DNA from: Candidatus Staskawiczbacteria bacterium
Lineage (GTDB): Bacteria; Patescibacteriota; Minisyncoccia; Minisyncoccales; Staskawiczbacteraceae
Direction: 5' to 3'
NCBI GenBank assembly: GCA_023245155.1
Contig: JAHFKV010000001.1
Location: forward strand, 331,034-395,033
Length of the DNA: 64,000 bases
Shown: positions 1 through 8,843 of the stretch, one piece after another
Layout: each line of letters opens with the position of its first letter
How positions within the stretch are numbered: position 1 is the first letter of the stretch
The notes under the pieces: model-generated
The model's database searches: none
What the model was told of the DNA's origin: nothing
Seen by the model: the letters and a program-made list of their open reading frames with translations, nothing else
Translations under genes and position numbers: made by a program

Positions 1-308
1 CAGCCAGTATCAGAAGATTTACGGTCCCGTGGACAACAAATGATATTGCAGGCCAAGCTGGCAGCCCGGGATTTTTTGGCATGGTGGTAAGAGAGTGGAG
101 TAATTTTGCATTTGGGCGCTATACCGCCAATTTACATTTGCAATATGGTCAAGACAACAAAGAAGTGGCCGCCAGTTATAGTTTTTTTGTTATTCCCTGG
201 CAGCTGTTGAGTTTGCTCTGCTTGGTATTAGTGGTCGTGCTGTTAGTATTTTCTGTCGGTATTAAAAAATATAATAGATGGATTATTGCCCAGGCTTCAA
301 GAAAATAA
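1..308 (+). CDS. 3' end of a CDS entering from upstream (frame 3); C-terminal membrane anchor; function unknown
   Basis: The frame of the 81..308 ORF stays open back to base 3. The C-terminus LLSLLCLVLVVVLLVFSVGI is hydrophobic and is followed by basic residues. Confidence 0.5.
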   Translation, partial: ASIRRFTVPWTTNDIAGQAGSPGFFGMVVREWSNFAFGRYTANLHLQYGQDNKEVAASYSFFVIPWQLLSLLCLVLVVVLLVFSVGIKKYNRWIIAQASRK

Positions 309-314
309 AAAGAC

Positions 315-1310
315 ATGAAAAAAATCGGCATCTTACTTCTTACTTGCATAGTATTATTGTCTTTTTTTATTGCAAAAAAAATAGCGGCTGATTCACAAAC
401 GGTCAATATTAATGCGACGGTTGTCAGCCTCTGTGGTAATGGTGTGGTGAGCGCCGGCGAACAGTGCGATGGCGCCAGTCTAAATGGCCAAACTTGTTTA
501 ACTCGTGGATTTTCCGGCGGGTTTTTAAATTGCAATAATGATTGTACTTTTGATACCACTTTTTGCACCGCGTCAGCTGGTTCGGTTAGAGGAGGTTCAA
601 ACGCTAGTGCCGTTGCAGCCCAAGCAGCCAGTAGGGCTCAAAACCAGGTTTCTGAAGCTGCAAAAGCTGATACCGCCCTCAATACTATTATTTATCAAAA
701 GATACTAGAAATTTATCAAGAGATTGTAAAACTAGTTGCCGCCAAAAATAATCAACCTGCTTCCTTAGCTAAACCTAGTAAGGCCGCAACCTCCGCCAGT
801 GCGCCTACCCCCCAGGCTCTATTAGAAAACGGACCCGGTTCTTATTTGGCCGCCTTGTTGCCGCCCCAAATTATAGATTATTCCCCCAAATTAAAGGTGG
901 GCGATGATTTGGTAATCAGAGGACACACCAACTATCCTAATGGAAAAGTGCAGGTGTTCATTTCGCAGGAAAATAGCGATAAGCTGGTTATTAGTGACGC
1001 CAAATCTGATGCCAGAGGCGATTTCGTTTTTACATATAAATTGCCACCAGCCTTGGGTTCATCGGGCACGGCAGCTATTTTTGATATTTTTAAGCGAGCT
1101 TATGTTATGAATGTCTGGACGGTGACGCTCGACGAACATGGTAGTCATGGCGACATTGGTAAGAAACTTTCCATTGCGGTTGACCAGCCCTTCGCATCAT
1201 TTTCTCTGGATCCGCAATTGCTGTTTACCGTCGCATGCGGCTTACTGTTGTTGCTTTTGCTGTTGTATATTATTTCACGGCGCTTTAGAGCCAGTCGTGC
1301 GCCAAAATAA
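315..1310 (+). CDS. Secreted/anchored protein with an N-terminal Cys-rich module; function unknown
   Basis: Signal-like N-terminus (ILLLTCIVLLSFFIA). Cys-rich stretch CGNGVVSAGEQCDGASLNGQTCLTRGFSGGFLNCNNDCTFDTTFC. Ala/Ser/Pro-rich linker. C-terminal poly-Leu helix followed by RRFR. Confidence 0.6.
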   Translation: MKKIGILLLTCIVLLSFFIAKKIAADSQTVNINATVVSLCGNGVVSAGEQCDGASLNGQTCLTRGFSGGFLNCNNDCTFDTTFCTASAGSVRGGSNASAVAAQAASRAQNQVSEAAKADTALNTIIYQKILEIYQEIVKLVAAKNNQPASLAKPSKAATSASAPTPQALLENGPGSYLAALLPPQIIDYSPKLKVGDDLVIRGHTNYPNGKVQVFISQENSDKLVISDAKSDARGDFVFTYKLPPALGSSGTAAIFDIFKRAYVMNVWTVTLDEHGSHGDIGKKLSIAVDQPFASFSLDPQLLFTVACGLLLLLLLLYIISRRFRASRAPK

Positions 1311-1326
1311 TTCTCATCATAACAGT

Positions 1327-1788
1327 ATGAAAAAGATACTAACTCTTTGTATCATTCATCAAGATGACAAAGTGTTGCTGGGCATGAAAAAACGTGGGTT
1401 TGGGGTGGGCAAGTGGAACGGGTTTGGCGGTAAAGTTGAACGGGGTGAAAGTATTGAGGAAGCTGCTAGGCGGGAAGCATTGGAAGAAGTTGGCGTTACC
1501 GTGCATGAGATTAAAAAACTGGGAGTTTTGGATTTTTGTTGGAAGGGCAAAGAACAAGATATTTTAGAGGTGAATATTTTCAAAGCCGCTGATTTTGCAG
1601 GCGAACCAAAAGAATCGGAAGAAATGAAACCCCAGTGGTTTAATATAAAAGATATTCCTCTTGAAACCATGTGGTCGGATGACAAATATTGGATGGCATT
1701 ATTTTTAAAAAACAAAAAATTCACTGGTAAATTCATATTTAGCGAGGGAGACACGATTCTTGAGTACGAGTTAAAAGAAATACAATAA
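1327..1788 (+). CDS. NUDIX hydrolase (MutT/8-oxo-dGTPase-like)
   Basis: NUDIX box GGKVERGESIEEAARREALEEVGV. I moved the start to the ATG at 1327 (MKKILTL) because the 1138 start overlaps the upstream CDS. Confidence 0.85.
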   Translation: MKKILTLCIIHQDDKVLLGMKKRGFGVGKWNGFGGKVERGESIEEAARREALEEVGVTVHEIKKLGVLDFCWKGKEQDILEVNIFKAADFAGEPKESEEMKPQWFNIKDIPLETMWSDDKYWMALFLKNKKFTGKFIFSEGDTILEYELKEIQ

Positions 1789-1799
1789 GAATCTCTGCT

Positions 1800-2555
1800 A
1801 TGCAGGTTAAGGCTATCAAGACCAGGAAATTTCTGCCGCCAAAAGATGACCTATTTTCTTTTTTGAAAGAGAGTTTTTCTGGTATCAAATTTAAGGAGGG
1901 CGCGGTGATTGTGGTTACTTCAAAAATTGTGGCCATTAGTGAAGGCAGGTGCGTAAAAATTACCAACACATCTAACAAGCCCGCGCTTATTAAACAAGAA
2001 GCTGATTTTTATATTGATAAAAATAAAGTTTCTGGAAAGATTTCCACATTGACCATCAAAGACAATATTTTAATTTCTTCTTCTGGTATAGACGAAAGCA
2101 ATGGTAACGGTTACTATGTATTATGGCCCCAAAAACCGTTTTTCTGGGCCAAAAAAATCCATGCATTCTTGAAAAAAGAATACGGTCTTGGACAGGTTGG
2201 CGTAATTATTTCTGATAGCCACCGCGTTCCTTTGCGGGAAGGGATTCTGGGCATGGGGTTGGCTTATCACGGCCTTTATCCGTTGCGAGACTATCGCGGC
2301 ACCAAAGATATTTTCGGCAGAGAAATGAAATTCTCCCAAACTAATATTATTGATTCTTTGGCCGCCGCCGCCGTGTTTGAAATGGGGGAGGGGGCAGAAT
2401 GCTCTCCTTTGGCAATTATTGAAAACATTCCTGATATAAAATTTACTTCCCGGGATTTTTCTAATAAAGATTTACTTAAACTAGAGATTTCCCAAGATAG
2501 ATATAATCTTTTCTTAAAGTCACCCATTTGGAAACGGGGCAAACATAAGAAATAA
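1800..2555 (+). CDS. CofE-like (F420-0:gamma-glutamyl ligase family) protein
   Basis: Family-like motifs VVTSKIVAISEGR, SSGIDESNGNGYYVLWP, VIISDSHRVPLREGILGMGLA. Confidence 0.6.
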   Translation: MQVKAIKTRKFLPPKDDLFSFLKESFSGIKFKEGAVIVVTSKIVAISEGRCVKITNTSNKPALIKQEADFYIDKNKVSGKISTLTIKDNILISSSGIDESNGNGYYVLWPQKPFFWAKKIHAFLKKEYGLGQVGVIISDSHRVPLREGILGMGLAYHGLYPLRDYRGTKDIFGREMKFSQTNIIDSLAAAAVFEMGEGAECSPLAIIENIPDIKFTSRDFSNKDLLKLEISQDRYNLFLKSPIWKRGKHKK

Positions 2556-2560
2556 AGTCT

Positions 2561-3247
2561 ATGGCATCAGTAAAACCCACCAGTAGTATCCAAGACTACC
2601 AAAAGTTTGTACAAGAAGTGTATGGCCTCTCCAACAGTCGCTATTTTAGTTTGCAAGACATGCTAACCAACATTGAGCGTTTTGTTACCCGAGCCATGAA
2701 AGGCATTCGCAAGGGAGATAAAGAGAAAATTAAGTTAAACATGATGATAGCCATGAGCTGGTTTATATCTATGATGAATCAGTTGCACATTGATATTGAA
2801 GAAGAGGTGTGGAAGCGGTTTCCATACAAGTGCTCTTACTGTGCTCATTGCCCGTGCGCGTGCAAAGCCAAAAAAATCCAAACCCGTCAGAAAGCGACCA
2901 TTGATAACAAGAAAAGACCAAAGACCATGGCGCAATTTCAGGAAATGTTTAATGAAATTTATCCCGCCACCACCAGAACGTTAGACCACGCCGGCGTACA
3001 CTTGGCTGAAGAAATGGGTGAAATTGCCGAAGCCATTTTAGTTTACCGGGGCAGTCATTTGAATGAAAGTTTTAAAGATGTTGTTTTAGAATGTGCAGAT
3101 TTTGTATCTTGTTCTATGGGAGTGTGCAACTCATTGGGCATTAACTTGGCTAAAGAAATTGCCAAAGAATTCCCCGATAATTGCCACGTTTGTCACAAGG
3201 CTCCCTGTGAGTGCACGTTTACTGACATTGTGCAATTTAAATCATGA
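2561..3247 (+). CDS. MazG-like all-alpha NTP pyrophosphohydrolase-fold protein with two Cys clusters
   Basis: The second half carries HLAEEMGEIAEAI ... ECADFV, which resembles a MazG EExxE/D pattern. Two Cys clusters: CSYCAHCPCAC and CHVCHKAPCEC. Confidence 0.4.
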   Translation: MASVKPTSSIQDYQKFVQEVYGLSNSRYFSLQDMLTNIERFVTRAMKGIRKGDKEKIKLNMMIAMSWFISMMNQLHIDIEEEVWKRFPYKCSYCAHCPCACKAKKIQTRQKATIDNKKRPKTMAQFQEMFNEIYPATTRTLDHAGVHLAEEMGEIAEAILVYRGSHLNESFKDVVLECADFVSCSMGVCNSLGINLAKEIAKEFPDNCHVCHKAPCECTFTDIVQFKS

Positions 3248-3708
3248 AATTTGCCATTGTCTCAGACACGCACGATAATATGGCCAATTTCAACAAAATT
3301 ATTGACTTTTTGAATACGAAAAAAATTACCACTTTACTGCACTGTGGAGACATTTGCAATCAAGAAACCATAGATCAAGCCACCAAAAGTTTCAAGGGCC
3401 AAATTTTGTGGGTCAAGGGCAATGGTGATTATCACTTGCATGATATTGAGGATATGATTGAAGTGGATTTGGGTGGCAAGAAAGTGGCATTTATCCACTA
3501 TCCTGAATTGGCAAAAAAACTGGCGCAATCGGGAAAATATGATTTGGTGTTTTATGGTCACACGCACAAACCTTGGGAAGAAAGAATTGATAATTGCAGA
3601 TTGATTAATCCGGGCGAGGTGGCGGGGCAGCGCTTCAAACCCACGTTTGCTATTTACGACACTAAGATAGACGAGTTAGAGTTGAAAATTTTAGAGAAAC
3701 TGGTATAG
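3244..3708 (+). CDS. YfcE/MJ0936-family metallophosphoesterase
   Basis: Motifs SDTHDN, CGDIC, GNGDY, GHTHKPW. The start overlaps the upstream stop in an ATGA overlap. Confidence 0.85.
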   Translation: MKFAIVSDTHDNMANFNKIIDFLNTKKITTLLHCGDICNQETIDQATKSFKGQILWVKGNGDYHLHDIEDMIEVDLGGKKVAFIHYPELAKKLAQSGKYDLVFYGHTHKPWEERIDNCRLINPGEVAGQRFKPTFAIYDTKIDELELKILEKLV

Positions 3709-3717
3709 TGAACTATT

Positions 3718-5139
3718 ATGCAACAGAAATATTGGATTTTCCTGGTGATTATTATTCTAGCCCTTTTGGCGGGAAATTTTGTTTACCCCAACTATATTGA
3801 TAAGGGGGTGGATTTTGTAAATGCTAAACTCAGCTGGCACTTGCCTCACCTTTGGTCAAAACCGTATGTGTTGGGGCTGGATTTGCAGGGTGGGGTGAAT
3901 TTAGTGTACCAAGCAGATTTAAGCACGGTGCAGGATAAGTCCGGAGCCATGTCCGGGCTGCGTGACGTGATTGAGCGAAGAGTAAATATGTTTGGCGTTT
4001 CAGAGCCGGTAGTGCAAATTCAGGGTTCTGACCGGTTGTTGGTTGAACTTCCGGGCGTGAAAGATGTAAAGCAGGCAATTGATATGATCGGCCAAACGCC
4101 ATACTTGGAGTTTGACGAACAAAGAACTGAAGCAGAGTCAAAGCCGATTTTAGATAAAATAAAAGAAGTGCAGGCGGCCCAGGAAAAAGGCCAGGATATC
4201 ACTAAAATAAAAGACTGGCAGCTGGCGCTGCAGAATCCGTACTTTAAGCCCACCGATTTAACCGGGAAATATTTATCAAAAGCCACGGTAGTGTTTGACC
4301 AAACCACCTATAAACCCCAAATCCAACTGGTGTTTAACGGCGATGGCGCAAAATTATTTGAAGACGTTACTGGTCGTAACGTTGGCAAGTCATTGGAAAT
4401 TTTACTGGACGGTTTTTCCATTATTGATACTAATGGCGATGGAAAAATTGATGCCAATGATGCTTATGCTCCCGTTATCCAGCAAAAAATTACGGGCGGA
4501 ACCGCAGTGATTACCGGAAATATGTCTGCTTTCACGGCCAACTCTATTGCCAGCCGCTTGAATTCGGGAGCTTTACCGGTGAAAATCGGCAGCCCTATTT
4601 CCCAAGAAACCGTAGGACCAACGCTGGGCTCTGTTTCCCTGCAAAAATCTTTGTGGGCGGGAATTTTAGGCCTGGCCGCAGTGATTCTATTTATGGTGAT
4701 TTTTTACCGCCTGCCGGGGCTTTTAGCCTCAATCGCTCTTCTTATATACGTAGCCATTACTCTGGCTATCTTTAAATTGGTGCCGGTTACATTAACCTTG
4801 GCGGGCATCGGGGGATTCATTTTGTCCATTGGCATGGCCGTGGACGCCAACATTTTGATTTTTGCCCGCATGAAAGAGGAAATTAAACAGGGCAAAGCAT
4901 TGGACGTAGCTATCCGCGAAGGATTTGGCCGGGCTTGGCCGTCGATTCGCGATAGCAACTTGAACTCATTGATTGTGTGTGCCATTTTGTTTATTTTTTC
5001 AACATCGTTTATTAAGGGTTTTGCCCTGACGTTATCGCTGGGTATTGTGGTCAGCTTGTTTTCGGCCATTTTTATCACCAGGATTTTATTAATGGTATTT
5101 ATCGGACCGAAATTGGAAAAATTAAAATGGCTTCTGTAA
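3718..5139 (+). CDS. secD: Protein translocase subunit SecD
   Basis: N-terminal TM helix, large periplasmic domain (LGLDLQGG, MFGVSEPVVQ), C-terminal 5-TM block, and secF immediately downstream. Confidence 0.9.
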   Translation: MQQKYWIFLVIIILALLAGNFVYPNYIDKGVDFVNAKLSWHLPHLWSKPYVLGLDLQGGVNLVYQADLSTVQDKSGAMSGLRDVIERRVNMFGVSEPVVQIQGSDRLLVELPGVKDVKQAIDMIGQTPYLEFDEQRTEAESKPILDKIKEVQAAQEKGQDITKIKDWQLALQNPYFKPTDLTGKYLSKATVVFDQTTYKPQIQLVFNGDGAKLFEDVTGRNVGKSLEILLDGFSIIDTNGDGKIDANDAYAPVIQQKITGGTAVITGNMSAFTANSIASRLNSGALPVKIGSPISQETVGPTLGSVSLQKSLWAGILGLAAVILFMVIFYRLPGLLASIALLIYVAITLAIFKLVPVTLTLAGIGGFILSIGMAVDANILIFARMKEEIKQGKALDVAIREGFGRAWPSIRDSNLNSLIVCAILFIFSTSFIKGFALTLSLGIVVSLFSAIFITRILLMVFIGPKLEKLKWLL

Positions 5140-5149
5140 ACCCAATTAT

Positions 5150-6043
5150 ATGAATTTTCATTTTACAAGATATTCAAAAATCTACTACGCTTTTTCCGGG
5201 ATATTGATTGTGGCAGCCCTGGCTTCTTTGATAGTCTATGGATTAAAATTTGGCATTGAATTTACCGGTGGCAGCAACATGGAAGTTGCCTTTACCCAAA
5301 CCAGGCCCAGCAATGAAGTAATTTCAAAAGCTTTGGCGTCATTTAATCTGGGTGAGATAACTGTTCAGCCCACTGGCGCTGATGGCGCGGTACTTAAGTT
5401 CAAGGGAGTTGATGAAGCAACCCATCAAAGTATTCTTACGGCTCTTAATGCCGTATCTTTGGTCCAGGAAAAGGGCTTCCAGTTTATTGGTCCATCAGTT
5501 GGTCAGGATTTAAAAAATAAAACTGAAATAGCCATCGTATTGGCGCTTCTGGCCATTACCATTTACATTGCCTTTGCGTTCCGTAAAGTGTCCCGGCCGG
5601 TAGCCTCCTGGAAGTACGGAGTCACTTCGTTAATTGCGCTGTTTCACGATATTCTCATACCGTTGGGTGTATTTTCCTTGCTGGGTCACTTTTACCATGT
5701 TGAAATTACTATTCCGATTATTGCGGCCTTGCTGACCATTCTTGGATTTTCGGTTCACGATACCATTGTTATTTTTGATCGAATCCGCGAAAATATCATG
5801 CGCCGGGGAATGGGGGAATTTGCTGATACCGTTGACCTCAGTTTAAACCAAACCGTTGGCAGGTCCATTTCAACGGTGTTCACGGTATTACTGGTAATGT
5901 TCTCACTCTTCTTTTTTGGCGGAGAAACGTTAAAATACTTTTCACTGGCATTAATTATCGGAATTACTTCGGGGGCATATTCTTCTATTTTCATTGCCAG
6001 TCCTTTGCTGGTTAGTTGGCAAAAATGGTCAGAAAGAGGGTGA
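5150..6043 (+). CDS. secF: Protein translocase subunit SecF
   Basis: GIEFTGG motif and a 6-TM SecF-like layout (HDILIPLG, VHDTIVIFDRIRE), adjacent to secD. Confidence 0.9.
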   Translation: MNFHFTRYSKIYYAFSGILIVAALASLIVYGLKFGIEFTGGSNMEVAFTQTRPSNEVISKALASFNLGEITVQPTGADGAVLKFKGVDEATHQSILTALNAVSLVQEKGFQFIGPSVGQDLKNKTEIAIVLALLAITIYIAFAFRKVSRPVASWKYGVTSLIALFHDILIPLGVFSLLGHFYHVEITIPIIAALLTILGFSVHDTIVIFDRIRENIMRRGMGEFADTVDLSLNQTVGRSISTVFTVLLVMFSLFFFGGETLKYFSLALIIGITSGAYSSIFIASPLLVSWQKWSERG

Positions 6044-6057
6044 AATGAGGTGGGGTA

Positions 6058-6086
6058 TTGACATATTTAAGGGCTTATGCTAAACT
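6058..6086 (+). promoter_or_regulatory. Putative sigma70-type promoter
   Basis: TTGACA (6058-6063), 17-nt spacer, TAAACT (6081-6086). The TTG that the ORF track uses as a start is the -35 box. Confidence 0.4.
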
Positions 6087-6105
6087 TATCCAACATCCAA
6101 ACTTT

Positions 6106-7158
6106 ATGATGGAAAAGATTAACTATCCACAACTCTATACTAAGCTTACCAAAGGCCTTTCATCAAAAACCAAGGACATTTTTGACCGGCGTTTTGGCAT
6201 TAAGAAATCCGCCAAGAGCAAGCTCGGAAAGGGCCAAACCGTAAGCATTGAAACCTTAGAATCGATTGGCGATGGCCTGGGAATCACCCGGGAGCGCGTG
6301 CGCCAAATCGAAGAGGCTGGTTTTAACTTTATCAAGAAAAACAATAAAGAATTGATTGAAAAAATCTGCGCCGAATACACAGCCTACTTTGAAAGCAAGG
6401 GAGGGTTTAAAAAAGAAGAAAAAGTGCTGGCCGATTTGGGCGGAGATAAAAGCAAGCCTTATGTGTTGTTTTTCCTTTCGTTGTGCGGAAACTTTTCACG
6501 GGTGGCGGGCAAGAAGGATTATGCCTATTTCTGGTCAACCTTGCCCAATGCCGAGAAGCACGTAAAAGAACAGTTGGATAACTTGGTTCAAGGCATTAAT
6601 GAAAAGGGTAAGTTGTTGGAAAAACCGGCTTTGGCTGCTGCCTTTGCTTCCCAATATAGCCCGGAAGCCCTGGCTTCGTATTTGGAAATTTCCAAGAAAA
6701 TCCAGGAAAACAAAGAAGGCAGAATTGGTTTAATCACCTGGCCGGAAATAAAGCCACGGGGAGTGAAAGACAAGGCTTATTTGGTATTTAAAAAGCATCA
6801 AAAGCCGTTACACTTTAACCAGATTACTTCATTCATTGATGAATTAGGGGTCAATGAAGATAGTAAAAAAACCCATGCCCAAACCGTTCATAATGAACTG
6901 ATTAAGGACGCCAGATTTGTGCTCGTAGGCCGCGGAACGTATGCCTTGAAAGAATGGGGATATGTGCCAGGCACCATTAAAGACATTATCACGAAAGTTA
7001 TTACAGAAAAACCACATTTGGTTTCTCAAGATGAAATTGTCAAAGAAGTGCTGGCCCAGCGACTGGTTGCCAAAAATACCGTCATGATCAACCTGAATAA
7101 CAAAAAGTATTTCCAGAAAGACGCCAGTGGAAAATATTTAGTACGGGAATCAGCATAA
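6106..7158 (+). CDS. HTH protein with a sigma-70 region-4-like segment; function unknown
   Basis: LESIGDGLGITRERVRQIEEAGFNFIKK resembles sigma region 4.2. I prefer the ATG at 6106 (MMEKINY) over the TTG at 6058. Confidence 0.45.
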   Translation: MMEKINYPQLYTKLTKGLSSKTKDIFDRRFGIKKSAKSKLGKGQTVSIETLESIGDGLGITRERVRQIEEAGFNFIKKNNKELIEKICAEYTAYFESKGGFKKEEKVLADLGGDKSKPYVLFFLSLCGNFSRVAGKKDYAYFWSTLPNAEKHVKEQLDNLVQGINEKGKLLEKPALAAAFASQYSPEALASYLEISKKIQENKEGRIGLITWPEIKPRGVKDKAYLVFKKHQKPLHFNQITSFIDELGVNEDSKKTHAQTVHNELIKDARFVLVGRGTYALKEWGYVPGTIKDIITKVITEKPHLVSQDEIVKEVLAQRLVAKNTVMINLNNKKYFQKDASGKYLVRESA

Positions 7159-7166
7159 GCAACAAG

Positions 7167-7195
7167 AAAAAATCGCGCCTCTGGCGCGATTTTTT
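7167..7195 (+). terminator. Intrinsic terminator
   Basis: AAAAAATCGCGCC / TCT / GGCGCGATTTTTT hairpin with a T-run. Confidence 0.8.
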
Positions 7196-7216
7196 CTTGC
7201 AAGGTATAATGATGCA

Positions 7217-7441
7217 ATGAGTTATATCTTCTGGGCTTCCATTACGTTGTTTATTGTCACCCTGATCTATTACCTGGTTTGGCTGGGGTTAGTCTGGTAT
7301 TGGCACGAAAAAAAAACTTCTTTATTGATCATACCTCTTTTATACACGTTTGATTTTTTCATCATTGCCTTTTTAGTAATGTCATTAGTGGTGATTGTAC
7401 TTACCTATACCCCCGATATTATTCAACTCATTCAAAAATAA
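7217..7441 (+). CDS. Small 2-TM membrane protein
   Basis: Two hydrophobic helices. It directly precedes the membrane protein/ATPase pair. Confidence 0.5.
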   Translation: MSYIFWASITLFIVTLIYYLVWLGLVWYWHEKKTSLLIIPLLYTFDFFIIAFLVMSLVVIVLTYTPDIIQLIQK

Positions 7442-7442
7442 T

Positions 7443-8840
7443 GTGGCAATAAAAATATCACCATACTTTTTTTGGACGAAGGCATTCAATAAAGTTGCCC
7501 TGCGGCCTTTTTGGTGGGCATGGATTATGCTGGTGGTTTTTTATGTGCCCTTTTTGCGGGTGTGGTGGTGGTTGGTGGCACCTTTGCTTTTATCAATTGA
7601 ATTGAGAAAGCTTTACCTGTGGTGGATTAACTGGGATTATTATTACGCCAAAACCAAGTGGTATATATTAGAAATTATTCCGCCCAAAGAAGTCTTGGTG
7701 CCCCTGAAAGCCATGGAAGATGTGTTTTCCGTGCTTTGGGCGACGTTTTACACTTCGGCGAGTTGGCGCGAACAGTGGTGCGAGGGTGTGATTCAACCTA
7801 ACCCCGATTGGATGTCGTTTGAAATCGCCAGTATTGAAGGTCAGTTACATTTTTATGCACGGGTGATGGCAAGTCACCGCCACACCCTTGAATCTACGCT
7901 TTACAGTCATTACCCTGAACTGGAAGTCCGGGAAGCGGCTGATTACACTAAAAATGTGCCTCAAAACGTTCCGAATGAAGAGTGGGACACCTATGGTGAA
8001 GATTATAAGACGACCAAAGCTTCTTATTTGCCCATTAAAACGTACGAAAGTTTTTTTGAACCGCAGGGAGAAAAGATTGCCGCAGAAGAGAAGCGTATTG
8101 ACCCAATGGCTGCATTATTAGAATTAATGTCAAAATTGGGTCCAGGGGAACAGTATTGGATGCAGTTTATTTTTTTCCCGCTCATGTTAGATGCCGAGGA
8201 AGAATTCAATGAAAAGGGGAAAAAAGCCATTGCCAAGTTGGCGGGCCGTCCCGAAAAGAAACATAAATCGCTCTCACAAGAAATCTTAGATGTTTTTTGG
8301 AATTTAGTGTTAGGGCCCAAGAAAGAAGGTTCCGGTGAAAAAGCAACCTACAAATGGATTGATTCGGCAAAAACCGAGGAAAATGACCGCGAGCTTTTGC
8401 TTACCCCGGGCGAACGCTTAGTGCTCACGGCCGTGGAAAATAAGGTTAAGCAGCCCCAATTTTTCTGTAACATCAAAGGGGTGTATGTGGCCAAGAGGGA
8501 AAATTTTAATTCCGTCCACCGGGTGATTATCCGTTCCTATTTCCCCCACTTTGGAACCACCAACCTCAATGATTTTTTGTTCAGTAAAGTTACCCGGCCC
8601 AAAACCCAGTATGTGTTCCGTAAGCGGATACCTTTTTTACGCAGAAGGCGGATGTTCCGTAATGCCGTGCTGCGTTTTACTCCGTTGTTCCCTGAAAGAA
8701 CCCAGGAAATGGCCATTTTGGATCCGGAGGAAATGGCCACCATTTTCCACTTCCCAATTAAAGTGACCGGCTTAGTGCTTCCCACCATGGCCCGGGTGGA
8801 GAGCAAGAAATCTGGCCCACCGCCAAATTTACCCACATAA
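7443..8840 (+). CDS. Membrane protein partnered with the TraD/VirD4-like ATPase; function unknown
   Basis: N-terminal Trp-rich TM helices (FWWAWIMLVVFYVPFLRVWWWLVAPLLL) and a large soluble domain. The start is uncertain: GTG at 7443 or ATG at 7527. Confidence 0.55.
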   Translation: MAIKISPYFFWTKAFNKVALRPFWWAWIMLVVFYVPFLRVWWWLVAPLLLSIELRKLYLWWINWDYYYAKTKWYILEIIPPKEVLVPLKAMEDVFSVLWATFYTSASWREQWCEGVIQPNPDWMSFEIASIEGQLHFYARVMASHRHTLESTLYSHYPELEVREAADYTKNVPQNVPNEEWDTYGEDYKTTKASYLPIKTYESFFEPQGEKIAAEEKRIDPMAALLELMSKLGPGEQYWMQFIFFPLMLDAEEEFNEKGKKAIAKLAGRPEKKHKSLSQEILDVFWNLVLGPKKEGSGEKATYKWIDSAKTEENDRELLLTPGERLVLTAVENKVKQPQFFCNIKGVYVAKRENFNSVHRVIIRSYFPHFGTTNLNDFLFSKVTRPKTQYVFRKRIPFLRRRRMFRNAVLRFTPLFPERTQEMAILDPEEMATIFHFPIKVTGLVLPTMARVESKKSGPPPNLPT

Positions 8841-8843
8841 CGT

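Noticed and set aside
1138-1326. N-terminal extension of the NUDIX ORF; similar extensions at 21706, 22653, 34314, 45056, 51013, 51272 and 53483
   Set aside because: The extensions overlap upstream genes or terminators and encode low-plausibility sequence. Internal ATGs give canonical N-termini, for example MCGIMGY for GlmS.
7198-7217. TATAAT at 7205-7210, implying a leaderless mRNA for the 74-aa ORF
   Set aside because: No acceptable -35 box lies at the right spacing, so this is too speculative to annotate.
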